A program made the position numbers and the translations under genes. Source: an uncultured virus (IMG/VR IMGVR_UViG_3300034283_002562) (lineage: Duplodnaviria; Heunggongvirae; Uroviricota; Caudoviricetes). Taken from it: DNA of 20,000 nucleotides. The stretch lies in IMG/VR virus record IMGVR_UViG_3300034283_002562. The stretch is one strand, 5' to 3'. The number at the start of each line of letters is the position of its first letter. Position 1 is the stretch's first letter. Under the pieces are notes generated by a model, which worked only from the letters and a program-made list of their open reading frames with translations, was not told where the DNA came from and ran no database searches. This document shows positions 7,203 to 14,453 of the stretch, piece by piece.

Positions 7203-7913
7203 ATGCCAACTAAAATTTGCCCAAAATGTCAAAACACCCATATAAAACCTGGAATATTTTGTTCTCGATCCTGTGCCAATTCAAGAGGACCAAGATCAGA
7301 CGATTTTAAACAAAAAGTGTCAGATAAACTTAAAGGTACTCATTATCAAACAGAAGATGCTATAAGAAAACGAATTACATCTAGAGGATATACAGTAAGA
7401 TTTGACAAACCTAATCTAGTGTGTAAAGTATGCAACACTGATACCCTATCAAAATATAAGAAAACATGTTCTAAAGAATGTTATGACCTATTAAATAAAT
7501 CAAAATCACAACAACATCCAAATTGTGGCGGACAAAAACATACCCATCGTTCTAAAATAGTAAATATTAAAAATGAAGTATTTACTGCTGAAAGTTCTTA
7601 CGAAGTAAGATTATCTACTATTTTAAACGAATTAGATATTTATTGGGTAAGACCGTCATTTATGTGGTATGTTGATGACAAACTCCAAAAACGTCGATAT
7701 TATCCTGATTTCTTTTTACCACAGTTTAATGTGTATCTTGATCCGAAAAACGAATACCTCATTAAATCCGATATACAAAAAATTATAAAAGTCTCCGATC
7801 AAAATAAATTAAACATTGTAGTAATTGGTGATCGACACATCAATGCTGCATCAATTCATCATTTAATTTATAATATGTTTTCAGATACTACCGGAGTTCT
7901 CCTCTACTATTAA
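7203..7913 (+). CDS. Putative homing endonuclease: Cys-rich Zn-finger repeats plus PD-(D/E)xK nuclease domain
   Basis: CPKC..FCSRSC, CKVC..TCSKEC; ESSYE..RRYYPDFFLP..VYLDPKN. Confidence 0.82.
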   Translation: MPTKICPKCQNTHIKPGIFCSRSCANSRGPRSDDFKQKVSDKLKGTHYQTEDAIRKRITSRGYTVRFDKPNLVCKVCNTDTLSKYKKTCSKECYDLLNKSKSQQHPNCGGQKHTHRSKIVNIKNEVFTAESSYEVRLSTILNELDIYWVRPSFMWYVDDKLQKRRYYPDFFLPQFNVYLDPKNEYLIKSDIQKIIKVSDQNKLNIVVIGDRHINAASIHHLIYNMFSDTTGVLLYY

Positions 7914-7927
7914 CTAAATCTGTAAAC

Positions 7928-8004
7928 TGGTAGGACCATTCAGATTCGAACCGAAGACATCCTGCGTGTAAGGCAGGTGCTCTAACCAACTGAGCTATGG
8001 TCCT
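7928..8004 (-). tRNA. tRNA-Val(TAC)
   Basis: CCTGC-CTTACAC-GCAGG, cloverleaf, CCA. Confidence 0.97.
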
Positions 8005-8035
8005 GTTTATAGTTACAGTTAGTAGGGCTTAAATT

Positions 8036-8058
8036 GCCTACCATTAGACGACTAAAGC
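8036..8058 (-). pseudogene. 5' remnant of a tRNA (acceptor strand and D-arm)
   Basis: GCTTTAG-TC-GTCT-AATGGT-AGGC; GCTTTAG is complementary to CTAAAGC of the 7126 remnant. Confidence 0.5.
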
Positions 8059-8059
8059 T

Positions 8060-8237
8060 ATAATTGTTGCTTTCTTATTCCCGGCTATCACAGAGGTTGC
8101 CACTTGTACTTCATGGTTCTCAACTTGCAGGTTCTGGCGGAACAGAATTCTCGTATTGCCAACGTGCTTTTGGTTCAAAGCATACCACCCGTGTGTATCA
8201 CCACACTTCTTATCCTCTGGGTCAGAGTATCCGTTGA
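8060..8237 (-). ncRNA. Candidate structured ncRNA
   Basis: GC-richer intergenic stretch; CAGAGG/CCTCTG long-range pair, GTGTG-GTGA-TACAC and TTCTG-TTCCGC-CAGAA hairpins. Confidence 0.45.
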
Positions 8238-8516
8238 TTAGACGGTTCGTTCTTCAAGTACTTGTTGTTCCCATTTACTTTTTAAATAGATTTTTTTACC
8301 ATGCAACCAATATTCTTCTTCTGTGAAATTAGTAATAACAGCAGGGCCGTGTTCATTATGATATTTCCCATCTTGGCAATAACAAGTTCTGCGGCCATCA
8401 TATCTAATAATTGCTGGTCCATCTGTGTTATGCGATCTTCCATTTTTCATAAAAACTGTTGTTGTATCAGATACGCTAATAGTGAGTTCAGGATTGTCTG
8501 GGTTAATATATTCCAT
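8238..8516 (-). CDS. Hypothetical protein with H-x-x-x-GPA repeats
   Basis: GRSHNTDGPAII and GKYHNEHGPAVI..EYWLHG, a repeat type common in large phages. Confidence 0.8.
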   Translation of the reverse strand: MEYINPDNPELTISVSDTTTVFMKNGRSHNTDGPAIIRYDGRRTCYCQDGKYHNEHGPAVITNFTEEEYWLHGKKIYLKSKWEQQVLEERTV

Positions 8517-8541
8517 AATTACCAAATTGTAAAGTTAAAAT

Positions 8542-8617
8542 TGGTGCTACCGACTGGGATCGAACCAGTATAGCTGGATTTTCAGTCCAGTGCATGAACC
8601 ATCACTGCCACAGTAGC
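8542..8617 (-). tRNA. tRNA-Phe(GAA)
   Basis: CTGGA-CTGAAAA-TCCAG, CCA. Confidence 0.94.
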
Positions 8618-8625
8618 AAAATTAT

Positions 8626-8680
8626 CAGGATACGCTTTTTCATTTTTCAAGAATGTTTTTTAATTGCTGCATGTATCCTA
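8626..8680 (-). ncRNA. Scaffold RNA copy 6 with Ser(UGA)-like anticodon stem-loop
   Basis: TAGGATACATGCAGCAA...AAAAGCGTATCCTG; CATT-CTTGAAA-AATG; TTGCAA-17-TATAAT at 8720-8692 upstream. Confidence 0.78.
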
Positions 8681-8702
8681 AAACTGTGTAAATTATAACG
8701 TA

Positions 8703-9233
8703 TTATTTGAACATTTGCAAGATATTTTTCATAGCATCTGTATTACTATCCCATGTTTGTCCGCCAAATCGTCCGTATTCTATACGGTTATCAGCAGACC
8801 ATTTATTATAATAATCGGACAATTCACCATTGCATTCCAATAGTGTATCACCGTAATTGATTATCATTACATTAGGATTCATGCAATCACGAATTGAATA
8901 AACCTTCTCAAACGCTTCTTTAATACCCATGCCATGTTGTATTAGTACTAGAATAGCAGTTGCTGTACTTCTACTAACACCAGCATGACAATGAATTAAA
9001 ACTTTATCAGTATCAGTAAATGTTTTACTGAATTCTAAAATATTTTCAATATTTTGTAAAGTAGGATGTTGATATCCTTCTAATGGTACTTCAATATCAT
9101 GAAATCTTTCTACGTGATGTTCCACATCACAATCAAATACTTTGGTATTTGGATCAACAATGCTAATGACTTTAGTATGGGTTGGTGCCCATAAACTTGC
9201 TTCGTATAATCCTGATATAGTTATATCTAACAT
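8703..9233 (-). CDS. Cys-based protein tyrosine / dual-specificity phosphatase
   Basis: VLIHCHAGVSRSTA (CX5R), FHDI acid loop, R..MNPN. Confidence 0.92.
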   Translation of the reverse strand: MLDITISGLYEASLWAPTHTKVISIVDPNTKVFDCDVEHHVERFHDIEVPLEGYQHPTLQNIENILEFSKTFTDTDKVLIHCHAGVSRSTATAILVLIQHGMGIKEAFEKVYSIRDCMNPNVMIINYGDTLLECNGELSDYYNKWSADNRIEYGRFGGQTWDSNTDAMKNILQMFK

Positions 9234-9313
9234 TTTTTACCTCAAAAATTGGCGGGGCTATGGTTGCTGTTAAAATCCACAACTGGATTTCATCTTTTTT
9301 GCCCCATTATATT

Positions 9314-9389
9314 TGGCGACCCTACCCGGTGACGATCCGGGTTTACTATCGTGAAAGGATAGTGTTCTACCAACGTAAACTATAGGGTC
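9314..9389 (-). tRNA. tRNA-Glu(TTC) with atypical T-loop and bulged acceptor
   Basis: CTATC-CTTTCAC-GATAG; T-arm CCCGG-ATCGTCA-CCGGG; acceptor GACCCTA/TAGGTC; 5' end overlaps the endonuclease stop. Confidence 0.85.
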
Positions 9390-10216
9390 TTATTTTTCGT
9401 ATATTGGTTTCTACCCGTAATATTCCCAGGTGTTACCCGTTTTCCATTACAAGTTCTTGAACAATATACATTAATTGTTTTTAATTTTTTATCACGTGTA
9501 AAATTTTTACCACAATGTGAACATGTGTACTCGTATAAAGGTTTATACCCATCGTATAGTGTATAATATTTTTCAGTATTATAAGTTTCTTTTACATATG
9601 TAAAAGCATATTTCAAATCATTAAATCGTAAAACATGTACATTATATCCAAAACTTTCAGCAACCTGTGTTTTTAAATCCACTGATTTTTGATTTTCATA
9701 ACCTTTTGTTTCTATTATAGTTTTATTATCCGATAAAATAAAATCAGGGTAATATTTAATACCATTTCTTTCCAAATAACCGTCAAATCTAGAAAATTTA
9801 ATATTATGATCTAAATTGTATATTACCCAGCATAATTCATATGTTGATCCACAATAAATGCCATTATAATATCCTGATTTTGATCTACCAGAACCATTTC
9901 TATATCCACCTATGTGTTTGGAACTACATTCTTTTGAACAATATTTTTTATTACTCGTTTTTATTATTCTAAAATCTGTTCCACACTCTACACATTGTCT
10001 AATCTCACGAATAGCAAATTCTTTGCCTTTTGTAGAGGCAGGTTTAATACCTAGCTTCTTAAATGTAAGAGATGTTTTTATCTTTTGTTCTTCACTTGGT
10101 TTCCATCCAGAGTCTTTCCGTTTTCTGTTATTATATTTCGCTGAACACGATCTATTACAAAACTTTTTTGCATCTTTACTGATTAAAGTGTTTCCACATT
10201 CTAAACAATTATTCAT
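9380..10216 (-). CDS. Putative homing endonuclease: Zn-finger repeats plus PD-(D/E)xK nuclease domain
   Basis: CLEC..FCNRSC, CVEC..YCSKEC, CSHC..YCSRTC; GSTYE..YYPDFIL..IIETKG. Same architecture as 7203-7913. Confidence 0.85.
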   Translation of the reverse strand: MNNCLECGNTLISKDAKKFCNRSCSAKYNNRKRKDSGWKPSEEQKIKTSLTFKKLGIKPASTKGKEFAIREIRQCVECGTDFRIIKTSNKKYCSKECSSKHIGGYRNGSGRSKSGYYNGIYCGSTYELCWVIYNLDHNIKFSRFDGYLERNGIKYYPDFILSDNKTIIETKGYENQKSVDLKTQVAESFGYNVHVLRFNDLKYAFTYVKETYNTEKYYTLYDGYKPLYEYTCSHCGKNFTRDKKLKTINVYCSRTCNGKRVTPGNITGRNQYTKNKTL

Positions 10217-10224
10217 CTGTAATC

Positions 10225-10247
10225 TCCATATAGAGTATTTATATGGA
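10225..10247 (-). promoter_or_regulatory. Late promoter inside a hairpin masking the GGAG RBS
   Basis: TCCATATA-AATACTC-TATATGGA(G); TATAAATA at 10243-10236. Confidence 0.78.
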
Positions 10248-10303
10248 ATTGAACTTTATTGCATTTTTTGATTATAGTGTTCTAACCATTAAACTACCAG
10301 GAT
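10246..10303 (-). pseudogene. tRNA remnant resembling the 5' half of tRNA-Glu
   Basis: ATCCTGG-TA-GTTT-AATGGTTA-GAAC-ACTAT...AAGTTCAATTC; shares TAGAACACTAT with 9314-9389. Confidence 0.65.
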
Positions 10304-10310
10304 ATAAACT

Positions 10311-10422
10311 TTTATATAGAAACACACTCGTTTCTGAGCTTTCGGTATGTATGCCTACACTTTAGGATAGCCCCTGCGTCCAGTTGCTCAGTATCCCTAC
10401 CGTGAATGTGTTTTTATATAAA
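10311..10422 (-). repeat. Long-stem cassette with the same arms as 6307-6432
   Basis: TTTATATAAAAACACA...TGTGTTTCTATATAAA around an unrelated GC-richer insert. Confidence 0.8.
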
Positions 10423-10423
10423 T

Positions 10424-10502
10424 TGGTCTCCGTGGTAGGATTTGAACCTACGAATCCTCTCGATCCCAAATCGAGCGCTCTACCAAACTGAGCTACACGG
10501 AG
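10424..10502 (-). tRNA. tRNA-Pro(TGG)
   Basis: CTCGA-TTTGGGA-TCGAG, CCA. Confidence 0.96.
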
Positions 10503-10515
10503 ATAATTAAAAAAT

Positions 10516-10608
10516 TGGTGGGTGTCCACGGATTCGAACCGCGAATGTTTACCACGAGGGACTTGATTTACAGTCAAGAGAGGCACACGCCATAGCCTCA
10601 AGACACCC
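10516..10608 (-). tRNA. tRNA-Tyr(GTA) with extended D-arm
   Basis: CTTGA-CTGTAAA-TCAAG, long variable arm, D-arm GAGGC-TATGGCGTGT-GCCTC, CCA. Confidence 0.9.
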
Positions 10609-10614
10609 AATAAC

Positions 10615-10820
10615 TTATAACACTCTCCTGCTATGCATTTTAACTGATTCGTAGTCAGTGAAGAGTGTATATTAAAACATACTCACTTTAACTTGTCAAG
10701 AACCGTAATTCTTAATGCTGATCTAGTATGTTTTAATATTAAAACACACTGGTGGGTCGTTCAAATCCACTGTCTACATTCCGTAGAAATCAAATTCTAC
10801 TATTCTCAATGTGTTTTAAT
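10615..10820 (-). repeat. Three tandem stem cassettes (10615-10670, 10671-10737, 10738-10820)
   Basis: ACACTCT/AGAGTGT; ATTAAAACATACT/AGTATGTTTTAAT; ATTAAAACACA/TGTGTTTTAAT. The first contains ACTGA-CTACGAA-TCAGT. Confidence 0.75.
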
Positions 10821-10963
10821 ATTTCTAGGTTTTTCCACACACCACACAAGGTGCTTCTCATCCCCTAGACCGCCCTCATTAATAGCTCATTTTTATAGTG
10901 GTGAGCAGAATCGCGTTTTCTAATAGAGACCAATATTTCATTCTCTATACCACTGTACTTCAT

Positions 10964-10992
10964 ATTATAATCTGTGTTTCTGTGTCTGTCAA
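10964..10992 (-). promoter_or_regulatory. sigma70-type promoter
   Basis: TTGACA-17nt-TATAAT. Confidence 0.8.
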
Positions 10993-11018
10993 CTACTTTT
11001 TTTAAGGAGTCTAAAACT

Positions 11019-11050
11019 AAAAAACCCTGAAAGTGAAAACTTTCAGGGTT
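11019..11050 (-). terminator. Intrinsic terminator (attenuator)
   Basis: 12-bp stem AACCCTGAAAGT-TTTC-ACTTTCAGGGTT followed by a T-tract. Confidence 0.9.
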
Positions 11051-11078
11051 CTTTGAAAAATTAACTTATAATATTAAA

Positions 11079-11216
11079 TTATGTCTTCAAAGAACCCTCA
11101 CGATACTCCGGTGTGCGATCATTAATTAAACTAAATGCACACCATACAGACGCAATCGAGCCGCCTTTTAAGGTTGATTGTAGTTTAAATTGTTGATGTA
11201 ATGATTGCATTTCCAT
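11079..11216 (-). CDS. Putative attenuator leader peptide (45 aa, all 20 amino acids)
   Basis: MEMQSLHQQFKLQSTLKGGSIASVWCAFSLINDRTPEYREGSLKT*; AAGGA upstream; its last codons are complementary to the terminator 5' arm. Confidence 0.75.
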   Translation of the reverse strand: MEMQSLHQQFKLQSTLKGGSIASVWCAFSLINDRTPEYREGSLKT

Positions 11217-11267
11217 TTGTATCAATTTTCCTTTAATTTCATCGGTTGACCCCAACTGATGAAGCGT

Positions 11268-11296
11268 ATTATACAATTATTTAGTTTCTTTGTCAA
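11268..11296 (-). promoter_or_regulatory. sigma70-type promoter of the leader/tRNA operon
   Basis: TTGACA-17nt-TATAAT. Confidence 0.82.
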
Positions 11297-11392
11297 GCAC
11301 TTTTTAAAAAAGTTTTTATTTTTTTTATAATTGTATTTTTATTTAGTAAAAATTCTTATTTACTAGTCAAAATAGCTGTTTTTCAGCATATT

Positions 11393-11845
11393 TTAGTAGA
11401 GTGTTAAGAATTCTACTACATTGGTGTGAAGTTCATTATAAATTTTATCACCCCATGTTACAGCATCTTGTTCAGTAACCCTAAAATTATAGTTTTCTGG
11501 TTGAATGAACAATTTATTTGTATCATTGTATCTGCTTTTTTCAATGGTGTCAACCCATATTGTGATAGTTGGGTTAATAATTTCCCTAAATTCAGGTAAT
11601 GGTGCTACCATATCTATTAGTATATAGCCATTTTCAACCTCATCAGCAAAATTTTTCATTCGTTGTGCTTGACGAAGTCTCCCATCATATGAAAAATCCC
11701 AATCATTAAATTTTTCTCTTACTTCATCGGCATTGTACCAATGAACTTGGTAATCTGCAAGTTCTAATTTCTTTTTTAGTTCATTGGCTAGGGTAGTTTT
11801 ACCAGAGCCCGGTAATCCCATGATCAAAATTGTTTTTTTACTCAT
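11393..11845 (-). CDS. Adenylylsulfate-kinase-like P-loop kinase
   Basis: ILIMGLPGSGKTTLA, NADEVR, WDFSYDGRLRQAQRM, VAP...RE. Confidence 0.85.
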   Translation of the reverse strand: MSKKTILIMGLPGSGKTTLANELKKKLELADYQVHWYNADEVREKFNDWDFSYDGRLRQAQRMKNFADEVENGYILIDMVAPLPEFREIINPTITIWVDTIEKSRYNDTNKLFIQPENYNFRVTEQDAVTWGDKIYNELHTNVVEFLTLY

Positions 11846-11944
11846 ATAATTCATCAGTTTCTGAAAAATGGCTTCAAACAAGCCTTACGAATGTATTTAG
11901 TACCATTTGGTTGACTGTCTATTAAAAAATCAGATTTTTTTACA

Positions 11945-12523
11945 TTACAAAGATACAGGATCCAACAATACCGGTGTATCACCACGTACCATAATGTTAG
12001 ATTCTCTTAAATCTAAATCATAGACGATATTATCGCACCAATACTTCAAAAATTTGTAAATCCACGGGAATTTATTGATTGATCTCTTTTGATGATTACT
12101 GAGTTCATGATATGATCGTCGATCAATCAAAGAATAGGCCATATCATCTATAACAACTGAAATCTTATCATATTCACCAGGTAATAACGGGTGTAGTTTC
12201 TCTAATCTCACCAGATATGTATCTGAAGTAATTTGTATTATCCCACCTTTAATTTTAGGTAGATTAGGATTGTCCTGATTGCTTAATACGTATCTAATGA
12301 AGCACAAATAGGCATCATCACCACGAAATATCTTAAACACCCAAGAATAACCAGGATACATATATGCAGAACCATTTGAACCACTACCAAGATGTTCAAA
12401 ACCATAATGATTCATTACATCTTTCCATTGTTCGAATTGATCATCTAATTTTACATCCCTACAATCTTGCTCAAATATTTCTTTAGCTTTAATGTATAAA
12501 GAATTTCTTTTATACCCAATCAT
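11945..12523 (-). CDS. Protein-kinase-like enzyme (phage Ser/Thr kinase type)
   Basis: LGSGSNGSAY, VFKIF, LEKL, DLDLRESNIM, LLDP. Confidence 0.85.
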   Translation of the reverse strand: MIGYKRNSLYIKAKEIFEQDCRDVKLDDQFEQWKDVMNHYGFEHLGSGSNGSAYMYPGYSWVFKIFRGDDAYLCFIRYVLSNQDNPNLPKIKGGIIQITSDTYLVRLEKLHPLLPGEYDKISVVIDDMAYSLIDRRSYHELSNHQKRSINKFPWIYKFLKYWCDNIVYDLDLRESNIMVRGDTPVLLDPVSL

Positions 12524-12544
12524 ATAATTCTCATGATGTATTTT

Positions 12545-13076
12545 ATAATACTAAAGGAGAACTAACGTTCTCCTGTTCTTCGCTATCGCTCATCACATTT
12601 TTTATAATTTCTATCTTACCTATTCAACTAGATTACGATTTACTTTTGCCCCCATAAAGGGAGCAAAAAAATAATTTCAACTGAGTTGACTTCATTAGTA
12701 GAGTTACACTGGTTACAGAGGCGGTTGGCCGATACCTCGAAGTGCGTTTTTGTTTCTGTTGTCCAACGGTGGCATTAGGAAAATACTCTACCATATTCCT
12801 AATACGTCCAGGAATTACCTGGTCATTTAGCCTTTTTATCTTTTGTTTAAACATTCGAAATTGGTTGTACGTAGGCGTATCCAATCATCATTTGCATCAC
12901 AATGTGCAAGTAGTCGAATGAGTCGCTGCTTCTACTCAGCTGTTTCCCTCCATGCGAAGAACATTCCATTTCCTGGGGCACCTGTCAAACCACCGGTGCG
13001 AGTGTATCAGAAGTGTATAGCCTGAAAAAGTGCCTGTGAAATCATATTTATCGTTGCCTAAATTTATTTGCCTAAT
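12545..13076 (-). other. Approximately 500-nt structured intergenic element (candidate large ncRNA or origin)
   Basis: GC-richer, many hairpins, no convincing ORF; TAGACA-17-TATAAT promoter at 13111-13083. Confidence 0.45.
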
Positions 13077-13119
13077 GCAAGCATTATACACCAGCTGATC
13101 TCAAATGTCTAGTTATTTT

Positions 13120-13662
13120 TTAGAAATCTTCATCGTCATCAAAGTCTGACTCTGGGTCATCATAATACCTGTAATAACTTTCATTTTCTTTCAAAACTCT
13201 AACTTTATCTCCTAATTGAATTTGTAAAACTGTCAAATGCTCAGGTTTTAAAATCTCTGTAATGAACCATAAAGTACCACAACCGCCACCATATGTTCTA
13301 ATGGGACCATGTTTTATTTTTGTTTGAGCTAATGCTTCGCGTAATGAATTACCATATTCTGTAATAATTCTAGAAATACCCTTTTCACGATTTTTTAATC
13401 TGGATTTATCAAACTCAGTTAGATCATCAATGATAGCGGTATTAGAATCATCAATAACCAGTAAACAATCTTTGATTTTGATGGATCCTTTTGTGTGACT
13501 GGAATCTGGTGTTTCTTTTGTACACCACCCTTTACGACAATCTACGTGATCAATATAAAATGAGTCACCTTTTGCTTTAATAATCCACATTGGGATATTA
13601 GCGTCTTCTAAATGTTTTTTATTGAAGTGGAATACCACATCATCACATGCTAATTCTATCAT
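13120..13662 (-). CDS. Hypothetical phage protein
   Basis: MIELACDDVVFHFNKKHLED..TKETPDSSHTKGSIK; AAGGA RBS; acidic tail. Confidence 0.8.
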   Translation of the reverse strand: MIELACDDVVFHFNKKHLEDANIPMWIIKAKGDSFYIDHVDCRKGWCTKETPDSSHTKGSIKIKDCLLVIDDSNTAIIDDLTEFDKSRLKNREKGISRIITEYGNSLREALAQTKIKHGPIRTYGGGCGTLWFITEILKPEHLTVLQIQLGDKVRVLKENESYYRYYDDPESDFDDDEDF

Positions 13663-13688
13663 AATTTTTCCTTGAATAATTTTTGGCA

Positions 13689-13733
13689 TAAAAAAACCCA
13701 AGCCAACTTGATGGATCAAGCCGATACTTGGGT
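13689..13733 (-). terminator. Terminator-like hairpin in the 5' leader of 13120-13662
   Basis: ACCCAAG..CTTGAT-CC-ATCAAG..CTTGGGT-TTTTTT, downstream of TTGACA-17-TATAAT (13824-13796). Confidence 0.55.
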
Positions 13734-13833
13734 AAAAAAAGGAGTTTTTTAAATTGTTAAAAAGTCTTGTAATCTATAACTGTTTCATAATTCTTATTAT
13801 ATCAAATTTTATATTGTATGTCAATTACTATTT

Positions 13834-14040
13834 ATAGTAACAGTCTTGGGGTTCTAGATATTTCCTCTCAATAGGTTTCACAGCTTTTCCATAGCTCTAC
13901 CTATATTATGCACTTTTTCCTGACTGTGACAGGGAACACAGTAACTTAAGCATACTATACACAGTCTAACTGTTCTCTATGAAAACTCTCTGTTTACCCT
14001 TTGCTACGGGCGTGTTCCTTACCGTGCTGGTCTATACTAT
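13834..14040 (-). ncRNA. Candidate structured ncRNA
   Basis: Terminal stem ATAGTATAG/CTGTTACTAT, internal hairpins; shares a 15/16-nt motif with 1736-1751. Confidence 0.45.
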
Positions 14041-14051
14041 AAAAATAAAAT

Positions 14052-14414
14052 TTACATCAATGATTTATATAATGAACCAGACAGTTGAAAGTTTGACTTC
14101 CAATTCCATTCATCTAACACTAATTGATTAAACGTGGTGTCATCTAACTCAATGACATCGTCGATACTTAATTCGAGCATTCTGATTGCACGAGTGTAGC
14201 TTTGTTCATATGAACTAGGAACAGATGGTAAGTTTTTAACTTTTGCAATATTGTTCAAATCGCCTGTATTGACAAGTTTTAAGTTATTTTTAGTAATGAC
14301 TACCACTGCTTTTTTGAAATCTTCAACTGATTCGTTGAATTCAACAATATGTTTTTCTTTGTTTTCACGAACTACTGCGAGTAATTCTTCTCTTTTAATT
14401 TTTACTGTTTTCAT
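14052..14414 (-). CDS. Hypothetical phage protein
   Basis: MKTVKIKREELL..PSSYEQSYTRAIRMLELS..LVLDEWNW. Confidence 0.8.
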   Translation of the reverse strand: MKTVKIKREELLAVVRENKEKHIVEFNESVEDFKKAVVVITKNNLKLVNTGDLNNIAKVKNLPSVPSSYEQSYTRAIRMLELSIDDVIELDDTTFNQLVLDEWNWKSNFQLSGSLYKSLM

Positions 14415-14453
14415 AACGTTATTTTCAATGTTTCTCATATAAAATGTATTGGT

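Noticed and set aside
7880..7925. Possible tRNA-Thr(GGT) 5' remnant at the 3' end of the + strand endonuclease
   Set aside because: D and anticodon stems do not pair; too degenerate to support.
10362..10610. 82-aa minus-strand ORF
   Set aside because: Overlaps tRNA-Tyr and tRNA-Pro; incidental open frame.
12633..12884. 83-aa minus-strand ORF
   Set aside because: No clear RBS or protein-like motif; lies in a hairpin-rich region better explained as non-coding, though not excluded.
13834..14040. Possible RNase P RNA
   Set aside because: AAGGAAC and AGAACCCC only loosely resemble the P4 motifs GAGGAAAGUCC and ACAGAACCCGGCUUA, and do not pair as P4.
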